In this document: one piece after another, positions 17,878 to 28,576 of the stretch | Position numbering within the stretch: position 1 is the first letter of the stretch | Layout of the letters: each line of letters starts with the position of its first letter | Translations under genes and position numbers: made by a program | The notes under the pieces: generated by a model | The model's database searches: none | Told to the model about the DNA's origin: nothing | The model's input: the letters and a program-made list of their open reading frames with translations, nothing else | Assembly (NCBI GenBank): GCA_963699955.1 | Contig: CAVOVV010000005.1 | Span: 122,001 to 186,000 of the forward strand | Source of the DNA: an uncultured Gammaproteobacteria bacterium | GTDB taxonomy: Bacteria > Pseudomonadota > Gammaproteobacteria > Steroidobacterales > Steroidobacteraceae | Direction: 5' to 3' | Length of the DNA: 64,000 bases

Positions 17878-18924
17878 ATGTCCAGCGTGTCTATGCGACA
17901 GATGCTGGAAGCGGGCGTCCATTTCGGACACCAGACCCGCTTCTGGAACCCGAAGATGGCCCCCTATATCTTCGGTGAACGCAACCGAATTCATATTATC
18001 AACCTGGAGCAGACGCAGCCGCTGTTTGCCGCGGCGATGACATTTATTAAGCGCGTCATCGCTGATGGCGGGCGAGTGCTGTTTGTGGGCACCAAGCGCT
18101 CGGCGCGCGATGCGATCGCGGCCGAGGCGGCGCGCTGCGGCATGCCCTATGTTAACCAGCGCTGGCTGGGCGGGATGCTTACCAACTTCAAGACCTTGCG
18201 CCAGTCGATCAAGCGCCTCGCCGATCTCGAGGAGCTGACCGCCTCGGGTGCGATCGAAAAGCGCGGCAAGAAAGAAGCGACCATGTTGCGCCGCGAGATG
18301 ATCAAGCTGGAAAAGAGCCTGGGCGGTATCAAGCTGATGGAATCGCTCCCGGACGTGCTGTTCGTGGTCGATGTGGGCCATGAGCACATTGCGATTCACG
18401 AGGCACGCAAGCTCGGGATTCCCGTGGTCGCGATCGTCGACACCAATTGCACGCCCGAGGGCATCGATCATGTCATTCCGGGCAACGACGATGCGATGCG
18501 CGCGATACAGCTGTATACCAACGCGGTCGCCGAGGCGGTGATCGAGGGTAAGTCCTCGGTGCCACAAATGGCCGTAAGCGAAGACGAATTCGTGGAACTC
18601 GATGAACAGGGCAACCCGCGCCGCAAGCCTGGCCGCAGCGCGCGTCCGGGACGGCCGCAGGCGCCCATTCGGCACCGCAAGCCGGCGGCGCGTCGTGGGC
18701 CGGCCCCTCCGGCCGCGGCCGCCGCGCCGCCGCCTGCTCCGGGCGCCGAGGCTGCTGCAGGCGCCGAGAGCGTCCCGCCGGCCGCGCCGCCTGCCGAGGT
18801 CAGCGACGCAGAGCTCGACATCGATGATACCGTGGACGTCGCACCGGCCCAGAGTGCGACCGCCTCGGTACGCCGCCGACCGGCGCCGGGCGCGACCGGC
18901 GCCAGGCGCGGGCAACGCCAATGA
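17878..18924 (+). CDS. rpsB: 30S ribosomal protein S2 with a ~100-aa Pro/Ala/Arg-rich C-terminal extension
   Basis: [36 protein letters not shown]... is canonical S2 through about residue 245, followed by a low-complexity basic tail. GAGG RBS at 17866-17869. Confidence 0.9.
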   Translation: MSSVSMRQMLEAGVHFGHQTRFWNPKMAPYIFGERNRIHIINLEQTQPLFAAAMTFIKRVIADGGRVLFVGTKRSARDAIAAEAARCGMPYVNQRWLGGMLTNFKTLRQSIKRLADLEELTASGAIEKRGKKEATMLRREMIKLEKSLGGIKLMESLPDVLFVVDVGHEHIAIHEARKLGIPVVAIVDTNCTPEGIDHVIPGNDDAMRAIQLYTNAVAEAVIEGKSSVPQMAVSEDEFVELDEQGNPRRKPGRSARPGRPQAPIRHRKPAARRGPAPPAAAAAPPPAPGAEAAAGAESVPPAAPPAEVSDAELDIDDTVDVAPAQSATASVRRRPAPGATGARRGQRQ

Positions 18925-19808
18925 GCGTCACGGCCGATACCGTCCGCCAGCTGCGAGAGCGCACGGGCGCGGGCATGATGGAATGCAAGAAGGCTCTGGT
19001 GGAGACCCAGGGCGATCTGGACGCCGCCGCCGAGTTGATGCGCAAGCAGGGCCTGGCCAAGGCGGACAAGAAGGCCACGCGCGTCGCCGCCGAGGGCGTG
19101 ATCGCGATTGAGCGCGCCGCCGATGGCCGCAGTGCCGGGATGGTTGAGATCAACTGCGAGACCGATTTTGTGGCGCGTGAGCAGGATTTTCGCGCCTTTG
19201 CCGCTGACGTCGCCCGCAGCGTGCTCGCGGCACGTCCCGCCAATCTCGAGGCCCTGATGGCCGTGCCCCTCAGCTCGGACGAGAACGTCGAGGAGCGGTG
19301 GCGCGCGCTGGTGGCAAAGATCGGCGAGAAGATCTCGGTGCGGCGCTTTGCGCGCATCGACTCCTCCGGTTCGCTGGGGGCGTACCTGCATGGCTCGCGC
19401 ATCGGCGTGCTGGTGGCGCTCGAGGGAGGCTCGGCGGAACTCGCGCACGATCTGGCGATGCACATCGCGGCCAGCAATCCGCGCTATATCAGTGCGGCCG
19501 AGGTGCCTGAGGCCGAGGTGGCCAAGGAGCGCGAGATCCTGACCGAGCAGGCGCGCCAGGAAGGCAAGAGTCCCGAGATTGCCGCCAAGATGGTGGCTGG
19601 GCGGCTCCGAAAATCACTGGCGGAAATCACCCTGCTCGGCCAGCCGTTCGTCAAGGATCCCGAGCAGACGATCGAAGCCCTGCTCAAATCCGCAGCTGCG
19701 CGGGTGCGCGAGTTCCAGCGCTTTGAGGTCGGGGCGGGCATCGAGAAGAAATCAGAGGACTTTGTCGCCGAGGTCATGGCGCAAGTCAGCGCGGCCGGGC
19801 GCAGCTGA
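18921..19808 (+). CDS. tsf: Elongation factor Ts
   Basis: [36 protein letters not shown] is the canonical EF-Ts N-terminus. ATGA overlap with the rpsB stop. Confidence 0.9.
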   Translation: MSVTADTVRQLRERTGAGMMECKKALVETQGDLDAAAELMRKQGLAKADKKATRVAAEGVIAIERAADGRSAGMVEINCETDFVAREQDFRAFAADVARSVLAARPANLEALMAVPLSSDENVEERWRALVAKIGEKISVRRFARIDSSGSLGAYLHGSRIGVLVALEGGSAELAHDLAMHIAASNPRYISAAEVPEAEVAKEREILTEQARQEGKSPEIAAKMVAGRLRKSLAEITLLGQPFVKDPEQTIEALLKSAAARVREFQRFEVGAGIEKKSEDFVAEVMAQVSAAGRS

Positions 19809-19842
19809 AGGGGGCCGGCCGCGGTAACAGGTGTTTGCGAGT

Positions 19843-19869
19843 ATGCCCCGCTTTAGCGGGGCATTTTTT
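19843..19869 (+). terminator. Intrinsic terminator after tsf
   Basis: ATGCCCCGC-TTTA-GCGGGGCAT is a perfect 9-bp stem followed by TTTTT. Confidence 0.7.
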
Positions 19870-19880
19870 AAGGAGTGCGC

Positions 19881-20612
19881 ATGACGAGTGCTACCGGGTC
19901 GCCGCGCTTTACGCGCATCTTGGTAAAGCTTTCGGGCGAGGCGCTGCTGGGGGCAGCGGACTACGGCATCGACCCGGCGGTCATCAAACGCATCGCCAGC
20001 GAGCTGCGCGACGTACAGGGCCTGGGCACACAGGTTGCGGTGGTGATCGGAGGCGGCAACATCTTTCGTGGCGCGGGTCTGGCCCGTGCCGGCATGGATC
20101 GGGTTACCGCGGATCAAATGGGCATGCTGGCGACGGTCATGAATGCGCTGGCCATGCAGGACGCCCTGGAGTCCCTGAACGTGCATGTGCGGGTGATGTC
20201 CGCGATCCGCATCAATGAGGTCTGCGAGGACTATATCCGTCGCCGCGCCGTGCGACACCTCGAGAAAGGCCGCATCGTGGTGTTTGCGGCCGGCACCGGC
20301 AATCCGTTTTTCACCACCGACACGGCCGCTGCGCTGCGCGCCATCGAAATTAGCGCGCAGCTGCTGATCAAGGCCACCAAGGTCAACGGCATCTATTCGG
20401 CGGATCCGGTGCACGATCCGAAGGCCGAGCATTATCCGCGGCTCACCTTCGAGCGCGTGCTGACCGAGCGCCTGAACGTGATGGACGCCACCGCGATCGT
20501 CATGTGCCGCGATCACAACTTGCCACTGCGGGTATTCAATCTTAATGCGGCCGGCGATTTGCTGCGCGTGGCGCGGGGCGAAGAGCCGGGAACGCTGGTC
20601 ACCAATGGGTAG
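19881..20612 (+). CDS. pyrH: UMP kinase
   Basis: [11 protein letters not shown]...[11 protein letters not shown] motifs. AAGGAG RBS at 19870-19875, 5 nt before the ATG at 19881. The track ORF starts at an upstream GTG (19875). Confidence 0.9.
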   Translation: MTSATGSPRFTRILVKLSGEALLGAADYGIDPAVIKRIASELRDVQGLGTQVAVVIGGGNIFRGAGLARAGMDRVTADQMGMLATVMNALAMQDALESLNVHVRVMSAIRINEVCEDYIRRRAVRHLEKGRIVVFAAGTGNPFFTTDTAAALRAIEISAQLLIKATKVNGIYSADPVHDPKAEHYPRLTFERVLTERLNVMDATAIVMCRDHNLPLRVFNLNAAGDLLRVARGEEPGTLVTNG

Positions 20613-20700
20613 TGCCGCAAGCGGCCGCGGCCAGCGACCGCGCGCCAAAAACTGACGTGCCGGGCCGCGAGCGCCCGGATGCGCATGCAAGGGGAAAGCC

Positions 20701-21258
20701 ATGATTGAGGATCTGAAGAAAGATGCCACGGCCCGCATGCACAAGTGCGTGCAGGTGTTTCAGGCGGACTTGAAGAAGATGCGCACCGGGCGCGCCCACC
20801 CGAGCCTGGTGGAGCATCTCAAGGTCGATTATTACGGGGCCGATGTGCCATTGCAGCAGGTCGCCAACATCACCGTGGAAGATGCGCGCACGCTCGCCAT
20901 CTCACCGTGGGAGAAGTCCATGGTCGGGCCCATTGAAAAGGCCATCCACAAGTCGGATCTCGGGCTCACGCCCATGACGGCGGGCACGGTGATCCGCGTG
21001 CCGCTGCCCCCGCTCACCGAGGAGCGGCGCCGCGACATCACCAAGGTCGTGCGCCAGGATGCCGAGAACGCGCGAGTCAGCATCCGCAATGTGCGTCGCG
21101 ACGTACTTGCCGACGTCAAGGAGTTGCTGAAGGAAAAGGAGATCTCGCAGGACGACGAGCGCAAGGCCCAGGAGGAGATCCAGAAGCTGACCGACCGGCA
21201 CATCGCCGAACTCGAGCAGCAGCTGGCGGCGAAGGAAAAGGAGATCCTGCAGGTCTAG
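20701..21258 (+). CDS. frr: Ribosome recycling factor
   Basis: 185 aa, canonical RRF sequence ([19 protein letters not shown]..., IRNVRRD). Confidence 0.95.
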   Translation: MIEDLKKDATARMHKCVQVFQADLKKMRTGRAHPSLVEHLKVDYYGADVPLQQVANITVEDARTLAISPWEKSMVGPIEKAIHKSDLGLTPMTAGTVIRVPLPPLTEERRRDITKVVRQDAENARVSIRNVRRDVLADVKELLKEKEISQDDERKAQEEIQKLTDRHIAELEQQLAAKEKEILQV

Positions 21259-21268
21259 CGCGGGGAAC

Positions 21269-22027
21269 ATGCCGATGACATCTTCGTTGCACGCCAAGGC
21301 CGAGCCGCCGGCGCCACTGCCGCAGCACGTGGCCATTGTGATGGACGGCAACGGACGCTGGGCGCAGGGCCAGGGACGCGAGCGCAGCGACGGGCACCAC
21401 TCCGGACTCAATCCGGTGCGCACCGTCATCGAGGAGTGCGCGCGTCGCGGGATCGGCGCCCTGACGCTGTTTGCATTCTCGAGTGAAAACTGGTCGCGCC
21501 CCGCTCCCGAGGTGGCGAACCTCATGAGCTTATTTTGCGACGCCCTGGATCGTGAATTGCCGCTGCTGCACGAGCATGGCGTGCGGCTCCGGTTTGTCGG
21601 CGAATTGGCGGCACTGGAGGCGCGTCTGCGCGAGCGCATTGCTGCGGCCACGGCGGCAACGGCCGCGAACAGCCGATTGCGTTTGCAGATCGCCATCAGC
21701 TACGGCGGGCGCCAGGACATCCTGGCGGCGGCGCGCAGCGTGGCGGCACGCTGCGAACGGGGCGAGCTCAGGAGTGAGTCGCTGACGGAGGCGGATTTCA
21801 CCGCGGGCCTGGCGCTGGCGGGCCTGCCCGACCCGGATCTGTTCATACGCACCGGCGGCGAGCAGCGCGTCAGCAACTTCCTGCTGTGGAACCTGGCCTA
21901 TGCCGAGCTGTATTTCACCGACACGCTCTGGCCCGATTTTGGCGCCGCGGACTTTGCGCTCGCCTTGCGGCATTTTACGCAGCGCCAGCGCCGCTTCGGG
22001 CGCACCGGCCAGCAGGTCGCAGGCTAG
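21269..22027 (+). CDS. uppS: Ditrans,polycis-undecaprenyl-diphosphate synthase
   Basis: HVAIVMDGNGRWA, LTLFAFSSENWSRP and RTGGEQRVSNFLLWNLAYAELYF motifs. ATG 21275 is an alternative start. Confidence 0.9.
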   Translation: MPMTSSLHAKAEPPAPLPQHVAIVMDGNGRWAQGQGRERSDGHHSGLNPVRTVIEECARRGIGALTLFAFSSENWSRPAPEVANLMSLFCDALDRELPLLHEHGVRLRFVGELAALEARLRERIAAATAATAANSRLRLQIAISYGGRQDILAAARSVAARCERGELRSESLTEADFTAGLALAGLPDPDLFIRTGGEQRVSNFLLWNLAYAELYFTDTLWPDFGAADFALALRHFTQRQRRFGRTGQQVAG

Positions 22028-22034
22028 CACGGCG

Positions 22035-22832
22035 ATGCGCGCGCGTATTTTCACGGCAATGGTGCTTGGCACGGTGCTGGTCGCGGTGCTGCTGTACGGT
22101 TCGGCCTGGGCGGCACGCGCGCTATTTGGTTTGTTCATCGCGGCCGGCGCCTGGGAATGGTCGGCGTTTCTGGGCCTGACGGCGCGCGCCGCACGGATGG
22201 GCTACGTGCTCTCGGTCGCCGTGCTGGCGGTGGCTGCGCGCGCGCTGCTCGCCGACCGCCCGGAGTTTCTCAGACTGATGCAGTTTAGTGCCTGCTGGTG
22301 GACGCTGGCGTTGCTGTGGCTCCTGCTCGCGCCGCGCACCACACGTGGCTGGAGCACGGCGCTGGCGGGTCCGTTGGCGCTGGTGCCCGCCTGGGCGGCC
22401 TTGACCCACATGGTGGAATTCTGGCCGCGCGGGGCGCAATGGGTACTGTTCATACTCACGCTGACTTTCGCCGCCGACACCGGCGCCTATTTTGCCGGTC
22501 GCGCGTACGGACGAGTCAAATTGGCGCCGCAAGTCTCGCCGGGCAAGACTTGGGAAGGAGTGGTCGGTGGCATGGTGTTGGCGACCGCCGTGGGCTATGC
22601 GGGCAGCCGCTGGTTTGACCTCGCGCCTGGTCGATTCGTGCCACTGTGTCTGGCGGCGGCGGCCTTTTCCGTGGTCGGCGATTTGACCGAGAGCATGTTC
22701 AAGCGCGCGGCGGGGCTCAAGGACAGCGGCCGGCTGTTCCCCGGCCACGGCGGGGTGCTCGACCGGGTCGACGGCGTCCTGGCGGCCACGCCGGTGATGT
22801 GCCTGGGTTTGCTGTGGCTCGGAGTCGGCTGA
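22035..22832 (+). CDS. cdsA: Phosphatidate cytidylyltransferase
   Basis: Multi-TM protein with the CdsA signature SMFKRAAGLKDSGRLFPGHGGVLDRVD. Start taken at the internal ATG. Confidence 0.85.
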   Translation: MRARIFTAMVLGTVLVAVLLYGSAWAARALFGLFIAAGAWEWSAFLGLTARAARMGYVLSVAVLAVAARALLADRPEFLRLMQFSACWWTLALLWLLLAPRTTRGWSTALAGPLALVPAWAALTHMVEFWPRGAQWVLFILTLTFAADTGAYFAGRAYGRVKLAPQVSPGKTWEGVVGGMVLATAVGYAGSRWFDLAPGRFVPLCLAAAAFSVVGDLTESMFKRAAGLKDSGRLFPGHGGVLDRVDGVLAATPVMCLGLLWLGVG

Positions 22833-24034
22833 TGCAGGGCGTCGCCATACTGGGCGCTACCGGCAGCATCGGCCGCAGCACCCTCGCGGTACTCGATGCT
22901 CATCCGGACAGCTATCGGGTCGTTTCGCTGGCCGCGCGCAGCGACGTCAGCCGGATGGCGGAGCTTTGCCTGCGCTATCGCCCTGAGGTTGCCGCGATGG
23001 AACGGCCGGATGCGGCACTCGAGCTGGAAAAGCAGTTGCGCAACGCGGGTGCCGGCACGCGCGTGGCGGCCGGCGCGGAGGCGATCGAGCAATTGGCGAG
23101 CGATTCGGCGGCCGATGTCGTGATGGCCGCCATCAGCGGCGCCGCGGGACTTCGTTCGTCCATCGCTGCGGCGGCAGCCGGTAAGCGGCTGCTGATTGCC
23201 AATAAGGAGGCCGTGGTGATGGCCGGTACGCTGCTGTTGGCAGCGGCACGCAGCGGCGGAGCCACCTTGATCCCGATTGACAGCGAACACAACGCGATCT
23301 TCCAGTGCCTGCCGCATGCCGCGCGGGTCGGAGAACGCCCGGCGGGGGTGCGGCGTCTGCTGTTGACCGCTTCGGGCGGCCCGTTTCTGGACTGGCGGGC
23401 GGCGGCCATGGCACGGGCGACACCCGAGCAGGCCTGCGCGCACCCGCGCTGGAGCATGGGACGAAAGATCTCTGTGGACTCGGCCACGCTCATGAACAAG
23501 GGTTTGGAACTCATCGAGGCCAGCGTCCTGTTCGGGATCGAACCGCGCGATGTCACGGTGGTTGTGCACCCGCAGAGCATCGTGCACTCTTTGGTCGAAT
23601 ACGTGGACGGCTCGGTCCTGGCACAACTGGGATCGCCCGACATGAAGACCCCGATTGCCGTGGGTCTGGCGTGGCCCGCGCGAATCGCTGCCGGTGTAGA
23701 ATTCCTGGACCTGGCCAAGCTCGGTTCGCTTGATTTCCGGGCGCCCGATCGAGAGCGCTTTCCCTGTTTGGGGCTGGCCGAAGCGGCGGCTCGGCAGGGG
23801 AGCCTCGCCTGCACTTGGCTCAATGCGGCCGACGAGGTCGCGGTCCAGGCGTTTCTCGACAAGCAGTTGAACTTTGGGGATATTCCGGGGGTCATTGACA
23901 GGGTTATGGAGAGCGCACGTGGCGGAGCGATGAATGATCTGAACAGCGTGCTGGGCGCCGACGCCCTGGCGCGCGAGTGCGCTCACGCCGTGCTGGCCGA
24001 GCGCAACGTCTCCAAGCACAGGACCCGGGCGTGA
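22832..24034 (+). CDS. dxr: 1-deoxy-D-xylulose 5-phosphate reductoisomerase
   Basis: MQGVAILGATGSIGRSTL, LANKEA, PIDSEHNAIFQ and MNKGLE motifs. TGATG overlap with cdsA. Confidence 0.9.
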   Translation: MQGVAILGATGSIGRSTLAVLDAHPDSYRVVSLAARSDVSRMAELCLRYRPEVAAMERPDAALELEKQLRNAGAGTRVAAGAEAIEQLASDSAADVVMAAISGAAGLRSSIAAAAAGKRLLIANKEAVVMAGTLLLAAARSGGATLIPIDSEHNAIFQCLPHAARVGERPAGVRRLLLTASGGPFLDWRAAAMARATPEQACAHPRWSMGRKISVDSATLMNKGLELIEASVLFGIEPRDVTVVVHPQSIVHSLVEYVDGSVLAQLGSPDMKTPIAVGLAWPARIAAGVEFLDLAKLGSLDFRAPDRERFPCLGLAEAAARQGSLACTWLNAADEVAVQAFLDKQLNFGDIPGVIDRVMESARGGAMNDLNSVLGADALARECAHAVLAERNVSKHRTRA

Positions 24035-25407
24035 TCGAGTCCTTGTGGTCGCTGGGCGGTTTTGTGGTCGCCGTGTGCATCCTGGTGACCGTGCATGAAT
24101 TCGGTCATTACTGGGTGGCCCGGCGGCTGGGCTTCAAGGTGTTGCGGTTCTCTGTCGGCTTTGGCCGAGCCTTGTGGACACGCCTGGGGGGCGTCGATCG
24201 CACCGAGTATGTGCTGGCGGCGGTGCCCTTGGGCGGCTACGTCAAGCTGCTTGACGAGCGCGAGGCGCCGGTAGCGCCCGCTGACTTGCCGCGCTCGTTC
24301 ACGCGCCGTCCGCACTGGCAGCGCATCGCGGTATTGCTGGCCGGCCCGGCCGCCAATTTCCTGTTTGCGATTCTGCTGCTCACGGCCATGTTGCTGGTGT
24401 CCGGCAGTACCGAACTGCGTCCGATGTTGGGCACGGTGCGTCCCGACTCGCCCGCGGCGCGCGCCGGCGTGCGCTCGGGCGATGAGATCGTGGGCGTAAA
24501 TAATCACCGCGTCGCTAGCCAGCGCGAGCTGTGGCTCGAGCTACTGGACGGCGTCACGCGCTCGGGACCGCTGGTGCTGCGGCTTCGGGACCCGAAAGGG
24601 CAGGAGCGCCTGGCGCCCATAGAATTTGCCAACCCCGCCGAGCGCCGTGCCATGTCCGATCCGGCCACCGGTCTGGGCGGCCTGGGCCTGCGGTTTCAGG
24701 AATTGCCGATCCCACCCGTGGTCGGAGCGGTAAGTCCCGATGGGCCTGCGGCCCGCGCCGGACTCAAGGCTGGCGACGAGATCCTGAGCATCAACGGCGA
24801 GCCGGTACCGGATTTTCTGGCCCTGGTGGCGCTGGTGCGCGCCCACCCGGACGAAACCATCGCAGTGCAATATCGGCGCGACGGCCAGGAAGCGTCGACC
24901 CGGGTCGCGGTCGCCGGCGTGAAACAGGACGGCACGCGCATCGGCCGCATCCAGGTTACTCAGCCGCATGTTCCCCTGTATCCGCCCGGCATGTTGCGCC
25001 ACGTGCGCTACGGCCCGGTCGCCGCGCTTGTCGAAGCCAGCCGCGAGGCCTGGAACATGACCGTGCTCCAGGCCCGGATGCTGGTGCGCATGCTCGCCGG
25101 CGAAGTCTCGGTCAAGAACCTCAGTGGTCCGCTGACCATCGCCCAGCTAGCGGGCGATTCGGCGGCCGCGGGCGTCGCCGCCTTCCTCAGTTTTTTGGTG
25201 TTGATCAGCCTAGCGCTCGGTTTTATGAACCTACTGCCTATCCCGATACTCGACGGCGGTCAGGTCGTAATGCAGGCGATCGAATGGCTAAAAGGCAGCC
25301 CACTGTCCGAACGCGTGTATGCCGCTGGGCAACAGCTTGGGATTGCAATGGTGGTGCTGCTGCTGGGCCTGGCCCTGTATAACGACATCTCGCGTCAGTT
25401 TGGCTGA
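24031..25407 (+). CDS. rseP: RIP zinc metalloprotease RseP
   Basis: HEFGHYW zinc motif near the N-terminus, two PDZ-like regions and NLLPIPILDGG near the C-terminus. The GTG start overlaps the dxr stop (GTGA). Confidence 0.85.
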   Translation: MIESLWSLGGFVVAVCILVTVHEFGHYWVARRLGFKVLRFSVGFGRALWTRLGGVDRTEYVLAAVPLGGYVKLLDEREAPVAPADLPRSFTRRPHWQRIAVLLAGPAANFLFAILLLTAMLLVSGSTELRPMLGTVRPDSPAARAGVRSGDEIVGVNNHRVASQRELWLELLDGVTRSGPLVLRLRDPKGQERLAPIEFANPAERRAMSDPATGLGGLGLRFQELPIPPVVGAVSPDGPAARAGLKAGDEILSINGEPVPDFLALVALVRAHPDETIAVQYRRDGQEASTRVAVAGVKQDGTRIGRIQVTQPHVPLYPPGMLRHVRYGPVAALVEASREAWNMTVLQARMLVRMLAGEVSVKNLSGPLTIAQLAGDSAAAGVAAFLSFLVLISLALGFMNLLPIPILDGGQVVMQAIEWLKGSPLSERVYAAGQQLGIAMVVLLLGLALYNDISRQFG

Positions 25408-25430
25408 ATCTCTTCTTTGGTAACGGCAGT

Positions 25431-27935
25431 GTGCGCATGAGTTTTCGCGCGGTCATCGCGACGCTTGTTTTGCTTGTGTGCAGCGCAGGCACGATCGGGC
25501 AACAGTTGCCCAGTGCAGCCGCGTCCGGGCAACCGGCGTTGCCCAGCACCGCCACGTCCGGGCAACCGGCGAGCGATACCGATTTTACGGTCGGCGACAT
25601 CAAGATCGAAGGTCTGCAGCGCATCTCCGAAGGCACGGTGTTCAATTACCTGCCGGTCAATATCGGCGACCAGCTCAATGCCCAGCGGCTGCGCGAGGCG
25701 TTGCGGGCGCTGTATGCCACGGGATTTTTCCGCGATGTGGCGTTGAATCGCGACGGCAACACTCTGTTGATCACCGTGCTCGAGCGCCCGTCGCTCGAGA
25801 GCGTCGAGATCAAGGGCAACAAGGACATCAAAACCGAGGATCTGCAGAAGTCGTTGCGCAACGTGGGATTGGCGGCCGGAAAAACCTTCAACCGCTCAAC
25901 GCTGGAAGAGGTGACGCAGTACCTCACCGACCAGTACTACAGCCGCGGCAAGTACGCCGTGACGATTGACGCCAAAGTGGAAGACCTGTCGAACAATCGG
26001 GTGCGGGTCAATATCGACATCAAGGAAGGCGATCGCGCCAAGATCCGCCAGATCAACATCGTCGGCAACAAGGCCTTCAAGTCCAAGGACATACTCGAAA
26101 CCCTGACCCTGAAGACCCCGCAGTGGAATTCCTGGTACAAGGACGACGATCGTTACTCGCGAGAATCGTTGCAGGGCGACCTGGAAAAGATCGAGTCCTA
26201 CTACCAGGATCGCGGCTACGCCAATGTGCGGATCGATTCGGTGCAGGTGGCGATTGCACCGGACAAGAACAACGTATTTATCACGGTGAACATCACCGAG
26301 GGCATGATCTACAAGATCTCCGAGGTCAAGCTCGCCGGCAACCTGGTGGTGCCCGAGGCGCAACTGCGGCGCCTGGTGCTGGTGCAGCCCGGCCAGATCT
26401 ATTCGCAAAAGACGATTTCTTCCTCGCAGGAGCTGATGAAGAACCGGCTCGGCGCCGAGGGGTTTTATTTTGCCAAGGTCGAACCGGTCCCGCAGACCGA
26501 TGACACCAAGCGGGAAGTGTCGCTGACGCTGTTCGTCGATCCGGGAAGCCGCGTCTACGTACGCAACATCACCTTCAAGGGCGCAAACCGCAGCAACGAT
26601 GAGACCATGCGGCGCGAACTGCGGCAGCTCGAGGGATCGTTGCTGTCAAATGTGGCCCTGGAGCGCTCCAAGCAGCGCCTGCAGCAGCAACCGTATCTCG
26701 AGACCGTCGATTTCGAGACCACCCCGGTGGCAGGCTCCGCGGACCTGGTCGATGTGGTGTTCAACGTCAAGGAACGTCCGAGCGCCACCATCAGCGGCGG
26801 CATCGGCTATTCGGCCTCGCAGAAATTCATGCTCAATGCGAGCTTCCAGGACAGCGACTTTATGGGCTCAGGGAACAGCGTGGCCCTGCAAATCGACGCT
26901 GGCCCGTACAACAAGATCTACAGCTTCGCGCATACCAACCCGTACGCCGGCATCGAGGGGGTCTCGCGAACCGTGTCGGTGACCTACCGCACCTCGACGC
27001 AGTTCGTATCCGCGTCTTCGAGTTTCAAGTCCGAGAACTTTTCCCTGGGCCTCAATTACGGCTATCCGATCACCGAATACCAGCGCGTCAGCGCCGGCAT
27101 TTCGCTGGGGCACTCGGATCTGGTGACCTATCAGGGCAGCAGCGCGCAGCAGGCCGTCGACTGGGTCAAGCAGAACGGCAATTCCTATCAGGAAGTACTG
27201 CTCTATAACAATGTGCTGGGCGATGGCACATCGGTGACCAGCGCCACCCAGCTGTATGGAACGCGCTTTGATACCATCGAGCTGAACACCGGCTGGCTGT
27301 TTGATTCGCGCAACCGCGGCCTGTTCGCCGATCGCGGGCAGCGCCATTCGTTCGCGTTCAACATCGCCCCCGCCGGACAGGTGCAGTATTACCTCGCCAG
27401 CTACAGCGGTACCGGTTATATCCCATTGATCCTGAACACGACTCTGGCCCTCAGCATGAACCTGGGTTACGGCAACAGCATGGGCAGCACCACCGAGATC
27501 CCCCCGTACAAGCGCTTCTACGCCGGCGGTCCCGACACGGTCCGGGGTTTTTACGAAAGCTCGCTCGGTCCGGTGGACACGCACGGCAATCCTTACGGCG
27601 GCAACCTGCTGACGGTGGCACGTGCCGAAATTATTTTGCCGTTGCCCGCCAAGTGGCAGACCAGCGCCCGGGCCACCCTGTTTTACGACTACGGCAACGT
27701 GTTTTCGCAGGACAGCACCAAATACGTGGGCCGCGACCTGCAGACTCCGGTGGACTACAGATTCGCGTATGATCAGCTGAAGCGGTCGACCGGCGTGGCG
27801 GTGCAATGGCTGGCCCCGTCACTGGGCATATTCCGTTTCAGCTACGGCATACCGCTGAACAACAGTCACGGGGATTCGGTGCACTTTGCCGACCGCACCG
27901 AGTACTTTCAGTTCACAATCGGCGGTTCCTATTGA
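25431..27935 (+). CDS. bamA: Outer membrane protein assembly factor BamA
   Basis: 834 aa with a signal peptide, POTRA repeats (IKIEGLQRISEGTVFNYLP...) and a C-terminal Omp85 barrel. ATG 25437 is an alternative start. Confidence 0.9.
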   Translation: MRMSFRAVIATLVLLVCSAGTIGQQLPSAAASGQPALPSTATSGQPASDTDFTVGDIKIEGLQRISEGTVFNYLPVNIGDQLNAQRLREALRALYATGFFRDVALNRDGNTLLITVLERPSLESVEIKGNKDIKTEDLQKSLRNVGLAAGKTFNRSTLEEVTQYLTDQYYSRGKYAVTIDAKVEDLSNNRVRVNIDIKEGDRAKIRQINIVGNKAFKSKDILETLTLKTPQWNSWYKDDDRYSRESLQGDLEKIESYYQDRGYANVRIDSVQVAIAPDKNNVFITVNITEGMIYKISEVKLAGNLVVPEAQLRRLVLVQPGQIYSQKTISSSQELMKNRLGAEGFYFAKVEPVPQTDDTKREVSLTLFVDPGSRVYVRNITFKGANRSNDETMRRELRQLEGSLLSNVALERSKQRLQQQPYLETVDFETTPVAGSADLVDVVFNVKERPSATISGGIGYSASQKFMLNASFQDSDFMGSGNSVALQIDAGPYNKIYSFAHTNPYAGIEGVSRTVSVTYRTSTQFVSASSSFKSENFSLGLNYGYPITEYQRVSAGISLGHSDLVTYQGSSAQQAVDWVKQNGNSYQEVLLYNNVLGDGTSVTSATQLYGTRFDTIELNTGWLFDSRNRGLFADRGQRHSFAFNIAPAGQVQYYLASYSGTGYIPLILNTTLALSMNLGYGNSMGSTTEIPPYKRFYAGGPDTVRGFYESSLGPVDTHGNPYGGNLLTVARAEIILPLPAKWQTSARATLFYDYGNVFSQDSTKYVGRDLQTPVDYRFAYDQLKRSTGVAVQWLAPSLGIFRFSYGIPLNNSHGDSVHFADRTEYFQFTIGGSY
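25506..25571 (+). repeat. In-frame 33-bp tandem duplication (2 units) in the bamA N-terminal linker
   Basis: Unit 1 (25506-25538) is ttgcccagtgcagccgcgtccgggcaaccggcg. Unit 2 (25539-25571) is ttgcccagcaccgccacgtccgggcaaccggcg. They encode LPSAAASGQPA / LPSTATSGQPA. Confidence 0.8.
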
Positions 27936-27988
27936 TTTTTCAACCGGCGGCGCCTTGCAAGGGCTGCCTCATTTTCGGGAGCAAAACA

Positions 27989-28540
27989 GTGAAGCGTTCT
28001 TGGATAGTGTCTATAGCAGGGTTGCTGGTGAGTGCTCTGGCCGTGGTGCCGGCGCAGGCCGATATCAAGATCGGGGTGGTCAACGCCTCGCGTCTGCTGC
28101 AGGAATCGCCGCAGGCCAAGGCCGTCCAGGAGGCCCTGCGCAACGAGTTCGCGCCCAAACAGCGTGAATTGGCGGCGCAGCAGACCGCGCTCAAGGCGAA
28201 GCAGGAGAAATACGAAAAAGACGCGCCGACCATGAGCGCGGATCAGCGCGCCAAGGCCGAGAAGGAAATCCGCGACGGCAATCGCGAATATTCGCAGAAG
28301 GCGACCGATTTCCAGGAAGACGCCAATACGCGCCAGAACGAGGAACTGTCTCGGCTGCAGAGCGCCATCGTCGCCGAAGTGCAGAGCTACGCGACCTCGC
28401 AGAAATACGACCTGGTCCTGACCGAAGGCGTGGTGTACGCGAACAGTTCGCTCGACATTACCGCGCAGGTACTGGCGGGACTGCAGGCGCATGCCACGAC
28501 CCCGGCGGCGCCCAAGCCGGCCCCGCCGCCCACCAAGTAA
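27989..28540 (+). CDS. skp: Periplasmic chaperone Skp (OmpH)
   Basis: GTG start gives VKRSWIVSIAGLLVSALAVVPAQA (signal peptide), then IGVVNASRLLQESPQAKA... and a coiled-coil-rich OmpH-like body. It sits between bamA and lpxD. Confidence 0.75.
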   Translation: MKRSWIVSIAGLLVSALAVVPAQADIKIGVVNASRLLQESPQAKAVQEALRNEFAPKQRELAAQQTALKAKQEKYEKDAPTMSADQRAKAEKEIRDGNREYSQKATDFQEDANTRQNEELSRLQSAIVAEVQSYATSQKYDLVLTEGVVYANSSLDITAQVLAGLQAHATTPAAPKPAPPPTK

Positions 28541-28576
28541 GGGAGGGGGCCTTAGCGCGGCCCTCGGGATGCTCTG

